The translations under genes were made by a program, and so were the position numbers. Positions 50,405 to 60,627 of a DNA stretch of 64,000 nt are shown piece by piece; the stretch's first letter is position 1; each line of letters starts with the position of its first letter. The DNA is taken from contig OZ219816.1 of NCBI GenBank assembly GCA_964291235.2, positions 1,248,001 through 1,312,000 on the forward strand. The letters are read 5' to 3'. The stretch is from Vicinamibacteria bacterium. Its GTDB lineage: Bacteria > Acidobacteriota > Vicinamibacteria > Marinacidobacterales > Marinacidobacteraceae. Below the pieces are notes generated by a model. The model was not told the origin of the DNA. It worked only from the letters and a program-made list of their open reading frames with translations, and did not search any database.

Positions 50405-52375
50405 TCAGCCGGATGGCAACCGGGCGCCGGCGGTCGAAGTGCCAGCCATATTGGCCCCTCCGGGGGTTGAGCGTCGTCGGCGGGAGACCAGGAGGAGGGC
50501 GGTGGCCGCGCCCAGGCCCAGCAGATTGGGCAGGGCCAGCAACTGCTCCGGGTCGGGAGGCCACAGCAGCAGCGCGGCAGCCCCCAGCGCGAGCGCCCGA
50601 AGCCCGAAACCCAACGGGCCGAAGAGCCATCCCACGATGCCGGCCGAGAGGAGCAGGACAACCCCGCTCCCGAGCACAAAAGCCACGACGGCGCCCGTCA
50701 CTCCGCGGCCGCCGTCCAGAATGAGGAGCAGTTCGGGCCGGAAGACGAAGAAATAGGGCAGGGCAAATCCCGCCAGCGCGAACCGGAAGGCGCTGAGCGC
50801 GACCGGCAGGATCGGAGTGCCTGCAATTCCGGCGGTCGTGTACGCGGCGAGGGCCACCGGGGGAGTCACCATGGACATCATTCCGAAGTAGAAGATGAAG
50901 AAGTGGATCGAGAGCGGCGGAACCCCGAGCTGGCTGATCACCGGGCCGATCAGGATCGCCATCAGGAGGTAACAGACGGCTGAGGGCAGTCCCATTCCGA
51001 GGACTACGGACCCGACCATGATGAGGAGGAGGGCGGGGAGCAGGCCCTCACCGGCAACCGAGAGCACCGTTGCCGGAAAACGGGTGCCGAGCCCGGTCAG
51101 GGTGACCATCCCGAGGATGATCCCGACGGAGCCGGCGGCCGCCACCAGGGGCGCCGCGCCCTCGGCAATGCGGCCCAGCCCTTGCCAGAGCTTCTTGAGA
51201 TCCGGACGGGTAGCGGGGTGCCAAACGGAGGTTGCTACGACGATTGCGAGGGCGATGCTGACCGCCCGGAACACCGTCCGGCCCGCCACCAGCGCGACGA
51301 TGAGGGCCAGGAGGCCGACGCAGAAGACGATTCCCGCCTGAATCGGGACGGAAGCGCTCTCTTCGCGAGGTGGCGCCTCGCCATGGGCCCGGCCCAGATA
51401 GCGGCGCGCATAGAGATGGACCATGGCGATCAGCGCCGCGTAATAGAGGAGCGCCGGCAGGATGGCGGCCCGCACGACCTCCAGGTAACTGACCGGGGGG
51501 TCCACGAGCTCCAGCATCATGTAGGCGCCGGCGCCCATCACCGGCGGGACCAGCGCCGCACCGGAGCTGGCCGCCGCGGTAATCGCGGCGGCGGCCCGCG
51601 CGCTGAACCCCGTGCTCTCCATCAACGGGATGGTCAGCGTCCCGGTGGTGGCGGCGCCCGCCACCGCGCTCCCGGACAGCGAACCCATCATGGCGTTCGC
51701 GACCACCGACACCTTGGCCGCTCCGCCCACGGTCCCGGAGAACACCCGGCGCGCCGAAGTGGTGATGAAGCGGATCGCGCCCGTCTGCTGCAGCGCCGCG
51801 CCAAAGACGACGAACAGGAACACATAGGCGAACATCACCTTCATCGCGATCCCGAAAACACCCTGGCTCTGGAGGAAGCCCTGGGATGCGATGCGGGCGA
51901 GGGAATAGCCGCGATGGGGGAAAAGAAACTCCGGGAGATAGGGGCCGAGGACCGCGTGGAGCAGAAAAAGGCCGGTGAGAATGGGCAGGGCCGGACCGAT
52001 CACCCGCCAGGTGGCGGCGAGCACGCCGGCGAGGCCCAGGAGGCCTACCGCGATGTCGAGCGAACTCTCGCCGCCGGCACGATCTCCGAGCATCGTGGCG
52101 GCGAAGCCGCTCCAGTAGAGGACGTAGGCGCAGCCGGCAACCGCCGCCGCCAAGCTCAAGAGATCAACCCCGCGTCGCCACCAAGGATCGCCCGGTTTCA
52201 TCCGCAGGAGAAAGCAAAGCGGAAGCCCGAAGAGCGCGAACGCCGCCAACTGCGCTTGCGGGGTCAGCGCCGGCCGATTCACTTCGACCAGCACGAAGAC
52301 CGTCAGCAGCAGCGTGAGGATCCCGATGGCGACGCTGCGAACGCTCGCCGACGCCCGCGGGGCCGATTCAGTCAC
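50405..52375 (-). CDS. TRAP transporter fused 4TM/12TM permease (TAXI-associated)
   Basis: SGSAVA, PPVMGAGAY, GMGLPS, TPPVALAAY. Confidence 0.93.
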   Translation of the reverse strand: MTESAPRASASVRSVAIGILTLLLTVFVLVEVNRPALTPQAQLAAFALFGLPLCFLLRMKPGDPWWRRGVDLLSLAAAVAGCAYVLYWSGFAATMLGDRAGGESSLDIAVGLLGLAGVLAATWRVIGPALPILTGLFLLHAVLGPYLPEFLFPHRGYSLARIASQGFLQSQGVFGIAMKVMFAYVFLFVVFGAALQQTGAIRFITTSARRVFSGTVGGAAKVSVVANAMMGSLSGSAVAGAATTGTLTIPLMESTGFSARAAAAITAAASSGAALVPPVMGAGAYMMLELVDPPVSYLEVVRAAILPALLYYAALIAMVHLYARRYLGRAHGEAPPREESASVPIQAGIVFCVGLLALIVALVAGRTVFRAVSIALAIVVATSVWHPATRPDLKKLWQGLGRIAEGAAPLVAAAGSVGIILGMVTLTGLGTRFPATVLSVAGEGLLPALLLIMVGSVVLGMGLPSAVCYLLMAILIGPVISQLGVPPLSIHFFIFYFGMMSMVTPPVALAAYTTAGIAGTPILPVALSAFRFALAGFALPYFFVFRPELLLILDGGRGVTGAVVAFVLGSGVVLLLSAGIVGWLFGPLGFGLRALALGAAALLLWPPDPEQLLALPNLLGLGAATALLLVSRRRRSTPGGANMAGTSTAGARLPSG

Positions 52376-52399
52376 CGCGGGCGGCCGTCCGGAGTCTGA

Positions 52400-53398
52400 T
52401 CAGGGCTCGGGATTGGAGTCCGGCCAGATTCCCACTTCCCGATAGAACCGCACGGCGCCCGGATGAAAGGGTACGCCGGTGTTCCGGGGAGCGTTGTTCT
52501 CATTGATGGCCCGGCCGGCCGGGTGTTTTTCCACCACCGATGCGCGTCGTTCCCAGAGCGTGCGGGTCACCTGGTAGATGATTTCTTCGTCGGCATCCGC
52601 CCGGGTGATGACGTGCATCGACCCGACGTCGAGGCCCATGTAGTCCTCGTCCTGGCCGCGATAGGTCCCGGCGGGAACGACCGCTTCCCGATAGAACGGA
52701 AACTCCTCGGGAAGCCGGTCGCGCACCTCGGGGTCGAGGGGGACGAGCAGTGTGTCCATCCCCGCGGTTGCCTGCACGATCGAAGCGGTGGGAACCGCGC
52801 CGCCCAGAAAAGCCGCCGCCGCCGAGTCGTCGCTGAGCATGTCCACCGCTCCGGCCTGGGTGTTGTAGAGCGGAGTGAAATCCTCGTAGGTGACTCCGTG
52901 CGCCTCCACGATCGGCCTGATGAAGTGCTCGAAGCCGGCGCCCGCCACCCCGACCACGACACGTCTTCCGACGAGGTCCTGGATGCGGCTGATCTCGTGG
53001 CGGCGCGGAGCGACGAACGTCGCCACGTTCGGAGCCAGGGTCATGACGGCCTGGACGGGATACTCCCGACCCCAACCGTCTTCCCCGCGGGCCGCGAAGT
53101 AGCTCACCGCCGAGTTCGAAACCGCGAGATCGAGTTCCCCGGACGCCAGACGGCGAATGTTCTCGCCGGAGCCCTTGGTCGCCTCGGCGGTAACCCGGTG
53201 ATCCGCCTCCCCGAGGACTTCCGCGAGCGCCCCGCCAACCACGAAGAACGCCCCGCCGGGCGGCGCGGTGCCGAGGCTCAGAAACGCCGGTGCGGGGCCT
53301 TCGCCTTCTCCACCACCACACCCCCCCAGGGCGAGCAGGGGCAGACAAAGGCACAGCAGAACACGGAATCCGCGGAGACCGCGAAGATGCACGCTCAT
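52400..53398 (-). CDS. TAXI family TRAP solute-binding lipoprotein
   Basis: GTAPPGGAFF, TKGSGENI, VPFHPGAVRFYRE. Confidence 0.93.
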   Translation of the reverse strand: MSVHLRGLRGFRVLLCLCLPLLALGGCGGGEGEGPAPAFLSLGTAPPGGAFFVVGGALAEVLGEADHRVTAEATKGSGENIRRLASGELDLAVSNSAVSYFAARGEDGWGREYPVQAVMTLAPNVATFVAPRRHEISRIQDLVGRRVVVGVAGAGFEHFIRPIVEAHGVTYEDFTPLYNTQAGAVDMLSDDSAAAAFLGGAVPTASIVQATAGMDTLLVPLDPEVRDRLPEEFPFYREAVVPAGTYRGQDEDYMGLDVGSMHVITRADADEEIIYQVTRTLWERRASVVEKHPAGRAINENNAPRNTGVPFHPGAVRFYREVGIWPDSNPEP

Positions 53399-53420
53399 CG
53401 AATCGACCGGAGCCCCGCGG

Positions 53421-54020
53421 CTACCGGGACAAAGCGGCCAGGGGGCCGGACAGCGCGTCGGCGAGATCATCGAGGGTGTCGAAACCCGATGCCCCCGGAT
53501 CCCGCGGCGAAAAGGCGAACCCCGGCAGGATGCGATCCGTGCCGTCCTCGCCGGTCCGGAGATGGCGTTTTCCCGCCTCCCCGGAAGTCACCCGGGGGAG
53601 CCGTCCGCTCTCCCCGGCCAGGAATACGAGCGCCCTTTCTCCCACCGAGAACTGGGCCGAGTGGGTGGCAATCATCCGGGTGTCCCCCACGGTTCCCCCC
53701 GGAACCCGGAAACGAACCAGGTTGCGGGCCGTCCCCTTGAAGCTCCGCTCCGCGCGGAGGGTCACGGTGGTAAAGATTTCACGGCGGTCGGTGGTCCAGG
53801 CGGAGCGCATGTCCAGGACCTCGCCGGCGACGATGGTGTCGGAGTTCTCCACCAGCTCCGAGAGTCCCGGCCAGGCGTAGGGATTCCGGAAGCGCTCGGA
53901 CTCGGGATCCTGGCCGCGCTGCGCCAGCGCCAGGGAGCCGGCCTGAACACCAACCGTTGCCAGAAGCGTGAGGGCCGAGATCGCGGCGACCCCGATCTTC
54001 AACCTGTAAGCGTTGCGCAT
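53421..54020 (-). CDS. Exported hypothetical protein
   Basis: Signal peptide; LSELVENSDTIVAGEV, PGGTVG, FSVGERALVFL. Confidence 0.65.
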   Translation of the reverse strand: MRNAYRLKIGVAAISALTLLATVGVQAGSLALAQRGQDPESERFRNPYAWPGLSELVENSDTIVAGEVLDMRSAWTTDRREIFTTVTLRAERSFKGTARNLVRFRVPGGTVGDTRMIATHSAQFSVGERALVFLAGESGRLPRVTSGEAGKRHLRTGEDGTDRILPGFAFSPRDPGASGFDTLDDLADALSGPLAALSR

Positions 54021-54076
54021 GCTTCAAGCATACCCACACGCTCCGGCCACGCGCCAGCCAGCCGCGAGCACAGCGG

Positions 54077-55501
54077 TCAGATCGGCGGCAGCTCCTCGTG
54101 CCAGGCCGTGCGTTCCTGGTAGGCGTGGGCGACCTGGAGCAACCGGTCTTCCGAAAACGGCGGCCCATAGATCTGGAGGGCGAGGGGCCGCTTCGGGGCC
54201 TCAGCGGAAAACCCGCATCCCATGGTGAGCCCGGGATAGCCGGTCATGTTTCCGATGAAGGTGTTCCCCGGCCGCGTGGTCAGCTCGTCCGGATCGGTTC
54301 CGGCCCGGACATCGCTCCGCGCCGCCGCCTCCGATCGCAGGGGATCGGCCGGCGAAAAGGAACTCGGCACGATCATGACATCGCAGTTCCGAAAGACTCC
54401 GGCCATTTCTTCCTGCAGGATGCTTCGGACCCGGAGCGCCTTGATGTAGTCGGTGGCCCGGTAGAACTTGGCAACCTCCAACCGTTCGCGTACCAGCGGA
54501 TCGAGATCCTCGGGCTGCTCCGCGAGGCGCTTCTCGTGAAACGTCGCCGCCTCCGCCATCGCGACGATCCAGCCGGCGCTTCCCGCGAGTTCGGCGTGCG
54601 GCACGTGCACCTCTACGGTTTCGGCGCCGTCCGCCGCCAGGAGCGCGATCGCCGCCCGAACCGCCTCCTGGACCTCCTCGGTCGCGTCCTCAAAAAACCC
54701 GGACGCCGGGACCCCGATACGGAGGCCGGCAACGTCGGGGGTGAGACTCCCCAGGTAGTCCGGAACCGCCACCTCGGCAGCGCTGGGGTCGCGTGGGTCG
54801 GGTCCCGCGATGGCGCCCAGCATCGCCGCCGCGTCCCAGGCGGTCCGGGTCATCGGGCCGGCATGGTCCAGCGTCCAGCTCAGGGTGGTGACGCCGAATC
54901 GGCTCACCCTCCCGTAGGTCTGTTTCAGGCCGACGATGCCGCACGCGGCTGCCGGACCGCGGATGGAGCCGCCGGTGTCGGTGCCGATGGAGAGCGGCAC
55001 CAGGCGCGCCGCGACGGCGGCGCCCGAGCCGGACGAGGATCCGGAGGGGGTGTAGTCGGTGGCCCAGGGATTTCGGGCCGGGCCGAAACCCGAGAGCACG
55101 CCGCTCCCCATGGCGAACTCGAGCAGATTCAGCTTGCCGATCAGGATCGCACCCGCCTCGTTCAGGCGCGTGGTGATCGTGGACTCGTAGTCAGGGACCC
55201 AGTCCGCGGTGGCCTTCGAGCCGTTAGTGGTGAGGATGCCCGCGGTGGCCAGGATGTCCTTCGGCGCGTACGGGATCCCGTGCAGCGGCCCCCGCCGGTT
55301 GCCGGAGGCAATTTCGGCCTCCGCCTCCCGGGCCCGCTCGCGGGCGTGGTCCGCGGTCACGGTAATGAAGGAATTGAGGGCGGGGTCCGTGGCCTCGATA
55401 TGGGCGAGGTACGCATCCACCACCTCCACCGGAGACAGGTCGCCACTCGATATCCGCTCGGAGAGCGCGCGGGCGCTGAGTTGGCAGAGGTCGGGGATCA
55501 C
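54077..55501 (-). CDS. Amidase signature family enzyme (GatA/AtzE-like)
   Basis: GPLHGIPYAPKD, SGSSSGS, GTDTGGSIRGPA. Confidence 0.92.
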   Translation of the reverse strand: MIPDLCQLSARALSERISSGDLSPVEVVDAYLAHIEATDPALNSFITVTADHARERAREAEAEIASGNRRGPLHGIPYAPKDILATAGILTTNGSKATADWVPDYESTITTRLNEAGAILIGKLNLLEFAMGSGVLSGFGPARNPWATDYTPSGSSSGSGAAVAARLVPLSIGTDTGGSIRGPAAACGIVGLKQTYGRVSRFGVTTLSWTLDHAGPMTRTAWDAAAMLGAIAGPDPRDPSAAEVAVPDYLGSLTPDVAGLRIGVPASGFFEDATEEVQEAVRAAIALLAADGAETVEVHVPHAELAGSAGWIVAMAEAATFHEKRLAEQPEDLDPLVRERLEVAKFYRATDYIKALRVRSILQEEMAGVFRNCDVMIVPSSFSPADPLRSEAAARSDVRAGTDPDELTTRPGNTFIGNMTGYPGLTMGCGFSAEAPKRPLALQIYGPPFSEDRLLQVAHAYQERTAWHEELPPI

Positions 55502-55809
55502 GGTGAATCTCCGGGGTCCGAGGGGCCACGCGCCGAAAAAAGCACCGGCGGCTCCACGAGATCCGGGATTTCAAGTTCCCGCACCGCCTGGAAGAAGGCG
55601 TGGTTCATCCGCACCGCCGGGAGGATCGTGGACAACCGGTCGGCGGCGAGCGGATGGTCGGTCAGGCTGTTCGCGTACTCGAGCGCCGCCACCGTGGCGC
55701 CCGCTCCGGGCTCCGGGCCGCCCGTGCAACCGCTGAGCGCGAGAGGGGCCGTCGCGGCGGCACCAAGCAGTTTCCGGCGGCTCATGGGTTTCGGATCGCG
55801 CTTGGTCAT
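55498..55809 (-). CDS. Small Tat lipoprotein, GatC/AtzG-like partner of the amidase
   Basis: SRRKLL...LSGC; C-terminal EPPVLF; GTGA overlap with the amidase start. Confidence 0.6.
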   Translation of the reverse strand: MTKRDPKPMSRRKLLGAAATAPLALSGCTGGPEPGAGATVAALEYANSLTDHPLAADRLSTILPAVRMNHAFFQAVRELEIPDLVEPPVLFSARGPSDPGDSP

Positions 55810-55947
55810 GACGGACCTCCGTCGGCGGGTGCCGGATTCGCATTCTACCGGCGTCTTCGCAGGCGGTCCGAGGCCCCGCCACCCTGACGGGGGCGCTTCG
55901 GCCGAACAAGCACGCCGCCGCGGCGGGCCGGGGTATCCTTAGCCCCC

Positions 55948-56673
55948 GTGCTGCTTCGCGAAGCGGATCGCACGGCGGTCCGGAAACATTTCGAGGACCT
56001 TGCCGGCCCCGTCTCCGTCACCCTCTACTCCCGGAAGGACGGTCCGCCCGTGGCGCCCGGCCAGATGCCCTGCGCGACCTGCCCAACGACCGAGGCGCTG
56101 CTTCGGGAGGTGGAAGATCTCTCGGAGAGCCTCACCGTCGAGGTGCGTGACATCGACAAGTCCCCGGAGACGGCGCGGGCGGCGGGGATTTCCCGCCTGC
56201 CGGCGATCGAACTGGCCGGCGTCGCGAAGGGGAGGGTCCGCTTCCTCGGCCTTCCCGACGGCCATGAGTTCGGCTCGCTGATCACCGCGGCCACCTGGGT
56301 TTCCGGAGCGCCGCTGGCGCTCTCGGGAGAGGCCGCCGAGCAGCTTGCGGCCCTTCGCCGCCCCGTCCACATCAAGGTCTTCACCACTCCCACGTGACCG
56401 TGGTGCGCCCCGGCGGCCAGTCTGGCCGTCCAGTTCGCCGTCGTCAGTCCCGCGGTAACCACCGATATCGTGATGGTTCAGGAATTTCCCGATCTGGCCC
56501 GGGCCTACTCCGTGTCTTCGGTACCGCTCACCGTGGTCGAACCCATGGGAGAAGACGCCGGGTTGGCCGGGCAGGGGACTTCGGTACTGGGCGCGCGAGG
56601 TGAGGAAGCCTTCCTCTCCGCCGTCACCGAAGTAGCCGGGCGCGGGGATTCGAGTCAGGATTCCGCATCATGA
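55948..56673 (+). CDS. Two-domain thioredoxin-fold protein disulfide oxidoreductase (AhpF-NTD/PDO-like), probable selenoprotein (TGA 56395-56397)
   Basis: CATC; GLPDGHEFGSLI; VFTTPT-TGA-PWC continues in frame to EFPDLA..YSVSSVP; 241 codons. Confidence 0.85.
56412..56430 (+). promoter_or_regulatory. Putative bacterial SECIS hairpin
   Basis: GGCGGCCA-GTC-TGGCCGTC beginning 15 nt after the in-frame TGA, G in the apical loop. Confidence 0.65.
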
Positions 56674-58175
56674 GCAGCCACCGCCCCCGGCATCCCCTCG
56701 CCGACTGGCGCCTGGATCGGCGCCGGGCGCTTCGCGTCCTCTCCGGAGGGGCGGCGCTCGCCATGGGCGCGCCGGCTTTCGGGCGAGAGGAGACGCCGCC
56801 CTTTTCCGAGGATTCGCTCGCGACCCTCGACCGGCGGCTCCACGCGGTGCGCAGACGTTTCGGGTTGCGCCGCGCCATCGGCATTCACGTGGAAGACCTC
56901 GCGACCGGGCGAGCGCTCTTCGGCCACAACCCGGACCGGAACTACGTGCCCGCCTCCGGCATGAAGTTGCCCGTGATGGCCGCCTGTCTCCACTACCTGG
57001 GGCCGAGCTATCGCTTCCCCACGAATCTCCTGGTGGACACGCCGCCGACCGAAGCCGGGGTCATCGAGGGGCCTGTGTATGTCGTCGGATCCGGCGATCC
57101 GAGCCTGAATCGGCATGACATGGACTTCATCGCGGATTCCCTCGCGGCGTTCGGGATCACCGAAATCCGCGGCGATGTCGTTCTCGACGATTCCTTCTTC
57201 GAGGCCCAGGAGACCGATCAGGCGCTCGTGAGGCGCCGGCTGCGCTACAAGGAACCCATCCAGAGCGCCCTCGGGTACCACTGGAACCGGGTGGAAGTCG
57301 CGGGGGTGCCGGGCGAGGGCGATCGACCCGACGTCCGCGACGAGGGGTATGGCTACTACGCGGTCCAAAACCGGATGGTGCTCCGCAACTCCGGGCGGCC
57401 CTACATCCTGGCGCAGCGCCGTGGAACGCGCCGGATTCGGCTTCAGGGCCGGATTCTCCGCAACGGCAACGAACGCGTCGCCCGCTTCACCGCCACCGAG
57501 CCGGCTCTCTATTTCGGGTACGCCCTCAAGGGGAAACTCGTCGCGCGCGGAGTCTCGGTCGGGGGAGAACCGCGGCGGGGGAGGGTGCCGGACGCAGGCG
57601 GGAAGCTGCTGCTCTATCGCCACGAATCCGCACCGCTCACCCAGGTCATCGAGGCGCTCGGCAAGTACAGCAACAACTGGTCCGCCGAGCAGCTCCTCTT
57701 CGCCGTGGGCGCCCACCGCTGGGGCCCCCCGGGCACCCGCGAGAAGGGGGTACGGGCCCTCGAGGAGTATCTGGTCGGACTCGGCTTCCCGGCGGACAGC
57801 TTCTCGGTGGACGACGGCTCCGGGCTCTCGAGAGAGAACCACCTGAGCGCCCGTCTTCTCGTCGCAGTGGTCCGTGATCTCTACAACCAGCCGGAACTGC
57901 GAAGCGACTTCCTCTGTTCGCTGGCCGTTTCCGGAGTGGACGGCACGCTCGCGCGCCGGCTCTGGAGCGAGGACACGCTGGGCCGGGTGATCGCGAAGAC
58001 GGGGTCGCTGAGCGGCGTCAGTTCGCTCTCCGGGGTGGCCTTCCCCATGTCCGCCGAAGACCGGGCGCTCGGTTTTTCGGTGATGACGAATGGGCTGCGG
58101 AATTCGTGGAACGGGGACGCCGTCGAGAATCTGATCGCCGCCGAACTCGTTCGTTGGGACGGCGTTACCACCTGA
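56670..58175 (+). CDS. dacB: D-Ala-D-Ala carboxypeptidase/endopeptidase PBP4 (S13)
   Basis: PASGMK (SxxK), SNN, KTG, DGSGLSR; Tat-like RRRALR. Confidence 0.92.
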   Translation: MSSHRPRHPLADWRLDRRRALRVLSGGAALAMGAPAFGREETPPFSEDSLATLDRRLHAVRRRFGLRRAIGIHVEDLATGRALFGHNPDRNYVPASGMKLPVMAACLHYLGPSYRFPTNLLVDTPPTEAGVIEGPVYVVGSGDPSLNRHDMDFIADSLAAFGITEIRGDVVLDDSFFEAQETDQALVRRRLRYKEPIQSALGYHWNRVEVAGVPGEGDRPDVRDEGYGYYAVQNRMVLRNSGRPYILAQRRGTRRIRLQGRILRNGNERVARFTATEPALYFGYALKGKLVARGVSVGGEPRRGRVPDAGGKLLLYRHESAPLTQVIEALGKYSNNWSAEQLLFAVGAHRWGPPGTREKGVRALEEYLVGLGFPADSFSVDDGSGLSRENHLSARLLVAVVRDLYNQPELRSDFLCSLAVSGVDGTLARRLWSEDTLGRVIAKTGSLSGVSSLSGVAFPMSAEDRALGFSVMTNGLRNSWNGDAVENLIAAELVRWDGVTT

Positions 58176-58185
58176 CCGCAGCGCC

Positions 58186-59283
58186 GTGAGGGGCATTCCC
58201 GGACTCGACCCCCCGGAGTACGTCCACTGGAAGGAGGATCCCGAACTCCTCCGCGAGTTCGGCCGGGTGTCCCTGGACGACCCCGAGCGCGCGCGCATCG
58301 TTCAGGGGCTCGACGGGCCACTCCGGCTCCGCCTCTACGAAGGCCTGGTCCGAAACCGGTTTCACGACCTTCAGTTGAAGCGGTGGGTTCGGTCCGGGGC
58401 GCTATCCAAGGCCTGGCTCGGCCCGGGTGAAGAGGCGGTGACCGTCGGAGCCTGTCATGCCCTCGAGCCGGGTGACGTCGTCGGGCCGATGATTCGCAAC
58501 ATCGGCGCCTGTCACGAACGGGGGATGAGTCTCACCTCCATGTTCCGGGGAGCCCTCGGCACCGGAGACGGACCGGCGCGGGGCAGGGATCTCCACTACG
58601 GAAACCTCGCTCGCGGCATCGTGGCGCCGATCAGCATGGTCGGTTCGCTGGTGCCGGTATGCGCCGGGATGGCGCTCGCGTTCCGGCTCCGGGGGGAGCC
58701 GCGGGTGGCTCTGACGTGGGCCGGCGACGGCACGACCGGGACCGCCGCCTTCCACGAAGGCATGGCCTCGGCGGTGGCGCTCGAGGCGCCGCTCATCGTG
58801 GTGATCCAGAACAACCGGATCGCCCTCGGCACTCCGCTGGACGACCGAGCCGAGGCGCGCCTCGCCCAACTCGGGGGCGCACACGGGATTTCCACGTTGC
58901 CCGTGGACGGCAACAACGTGCTGGACGTCTTTGCGGCCACCTGGCTTGCCCGGCAGGAGGCCCTCGAGGAGTCTCGGCCCGTCTTCCTGGTCGCGAACAC
59001 CTTCCGGATGGGCGGGCACGCCACCCATGACGAAGGCGAGAGCCGGAGAATCCTCCCCGCCGAACTCTTCGATCATCACGGGCGCCGGGATCCCGTTCGA
59101 ACCTACCGCGCCTTCTTGCAGTTGGGTGGCGCCGGAGGCGCACCGGTCGCCGCGTCGGTCCTCGATGAGATCGAGGCGCGGGTCGGGGCGGAAATCGAAG
59201 ACGCCGAACGCGAGGCGCTTGCCTCGCAACGAACCGCCCGGCCGGATCCCGCCGGGGCGGGGGAGGGGGTCTTCGCTACCTAG
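58186..59283 (+). CDS. TPP-dependent 2-oxoacid dehydrogenase E1 alpha subunit-like
   Basis: GDG...FHEG...QNN ThDP motif, VDGNNV, RMGGHATHD. Confidence 0.87.
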   Translation: MRGIPGLDPPEYVHWKEDPELLREFGRVSLDDPERARIVQGLDGPLRLRLYEGLVRNRFHDLQLKRWVRSGALSKAWLGPGEEAVTVGACHALEPGDVVGPMIRNIGACHERGMSLTSMFRGALGTGDGPARGRDLHYGNLARGIVAPISMVGSLVPVCAGMALAFRLRGEPRVALTWAGDGTTGTAAFHEGMASAVALEAPLIVVIQNNRIALGTPLDDRAEARLAQLGGAHGISTLPVDGNNVLDVFAATWLARQEALEESRPVFLVANTFRMGGHATHDEGESRRILPAELFDHHGRRDPVRTYRAFLQLGGAGGAPVAASVLDEIEARVGAEIEDAEREALASQRTARPDPAGAGEGVFAT

Positions 59284-59364
59284 CGACCCTCGCGAAACTG
59301 TCGCCCAGTCGCCGGTGGCAAAACCCGGGCGGCCCGGTGCTCCCGGTGGGGGCCGCGGCCGCAG

Positions 59365-59790
59365 CTAGAGGCGAGTCTTCGCGGGGAAGTGGTTCAGCCC
59401 GAGGCGCGTGGCGGTTCGGTCGGTCTGGTCCACGATCGCGGCGGCATTGATGCCGATCGCGATCACGATCGCTTCACTGATCTCTTCCTTGCTGGCTCCG
59501 AGCTTGATGGCCTTCTTCACATGGCCGTCCATACAGCCCTCGCACTTGGCGATGAGCGAGCAGGCAAGGGCGATCAGCTCCTGGATCTTCGGGTCCAGGT
59601 GCTTGTTCTCCGAAAAGTAGGTCTCCTTGTAGAACTGGCCATAAATGGCCTTCATGCGCGGCTCGAGCATCGAATAGGACGCCGGGGCCGCACCGTTCTG
59701 CTTCGGGGCGGTCTCTTTCTGCCCCCCCTTCTCGGGCTCGTAGTCGATGCCCGGAATCCGAGCCTCGGGAGCCGCTACGTTGTCCGCCAT
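59365..59790 (-). CDS. Carboxymuconolactone decarboxylase/AhpD-like protein
   Basis: LDPKIQELIALA..KCEGCMDGH..A..LGASKEEISEAI. Confidence 0.88.
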   Translation of the reverse strand: MADNVAAPEARIPGIDYEPEKGGQKETAPKQNGAAPASYSMLEPRMKAIYGQFYKETYFSENKHLDPKIQELIALACSLIAKCEGCMDGHVKKAIKLGASKEEISEAIVIAIGINAAAIVDQTDRTATRLGLNHFPAKTRL

Positions 59791-59930
59791 GCCGGGTCTT
59801 GCCTCGTGCCCGCCGCTGTCGGCCAGGACTTCGTTTCGGGGGACGGCGGGTGGGACGGCCGCTTGTCTGGCGCCGCCCGCTCAGCGCGTCGAAAGAGGAG
59901 TAACCGGGGAAGGTTAGCATCAGGTAAACG

Positions 59931-60395
59931 ATGCGGATCTTCCAATGTTCCGTGGCGCTGGCGTCACCGCTCGACGTCGTCTTCGCGTTCTTTGCGGACG
60001 CCAGGAACCTGGAGCTGCTGACTCCGCCCTGGCTCCGGTTCCGGGTCCTCAGCGAGGGAGAGATCGTGATGGGACGGGGTGCGCAGATCGACTACCGGCT
60101 GCGTCTCAGGGGTCTCCCGCTCCGCTGGCGGAGCGAAATCACCGCCTGGGAGCCACCGCACCGCTTTGTGGATGAGCAACGGGTCGGTCCCTACCGCACC
60201 TGGATTCATGAACATCGCTTCGAGATCCGGGAGGACGCGGGCAGGGGATCCGTCGTCCTCGCAAGCGACGAGGTCCACTACCAGGCGCCGGGCGGAGCGC
60301 TCGTGAACCGTTTCCTCGTGGAGCCCGACCTGAAGCGGATTTTCAGGTACCGGAGCGCCCGGCTGCGGGAGCGGTTCGGCACCCCCGGAGCGTGA
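59931..60395 (+). CDS. SRPBCC (START-like) family protein
   Basis: VFAFFADARNLELLTPPW, FVDEQRVGPY..W.HEH.F, IFRYR. Confidence 0.9.
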   Translation: MRIFQCSVALASPLDVVFAFFADARNLELLTPPWLRFRVLSEGEIVMGRGAQIDYRLRLRGLPLRWRSEITAWEPPHRFVDEQRVGPYRTWIHEHRFEIREDAGRGSVVLASDEVHYQAPGGALVNRFLVEPDLKRIFRYRSARLRERFGTPGA

Positions 60396-60627
60396 AACGG
60401 AGGTCTGCGTCCGGGCCGGGGATCCGATGTCGGCGCGCCGACAATGCGCGTGAGACCCGGTGGGCCGGGTGAGCGAAGGGGCGGACGGCTGCGGCGCCGC
60501 GAGGAGGAAGGCACGCGGGCGGTACGCCGTTCCTGGGCGTTCTGCAGGCACACGGTCGCAACATTGACGGTTCCCCCTCGGGTTTCCGCTGTCGCGGGAC
60601 GTAGGGGTGGAGAGCGATGCGCTGTCC

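Noticed and set aside
54077-55501. Housekeeping gatA
   Set aside because: No gatB nearby and the partner has a Tat/lipoprotein signal; symbol not assigned
55948-56673. Pseudogene or two separate small genes
   Set aside because: The TGA sits at the catalytic Cys position with intact downstream sequence and a SECIS-like hairpin
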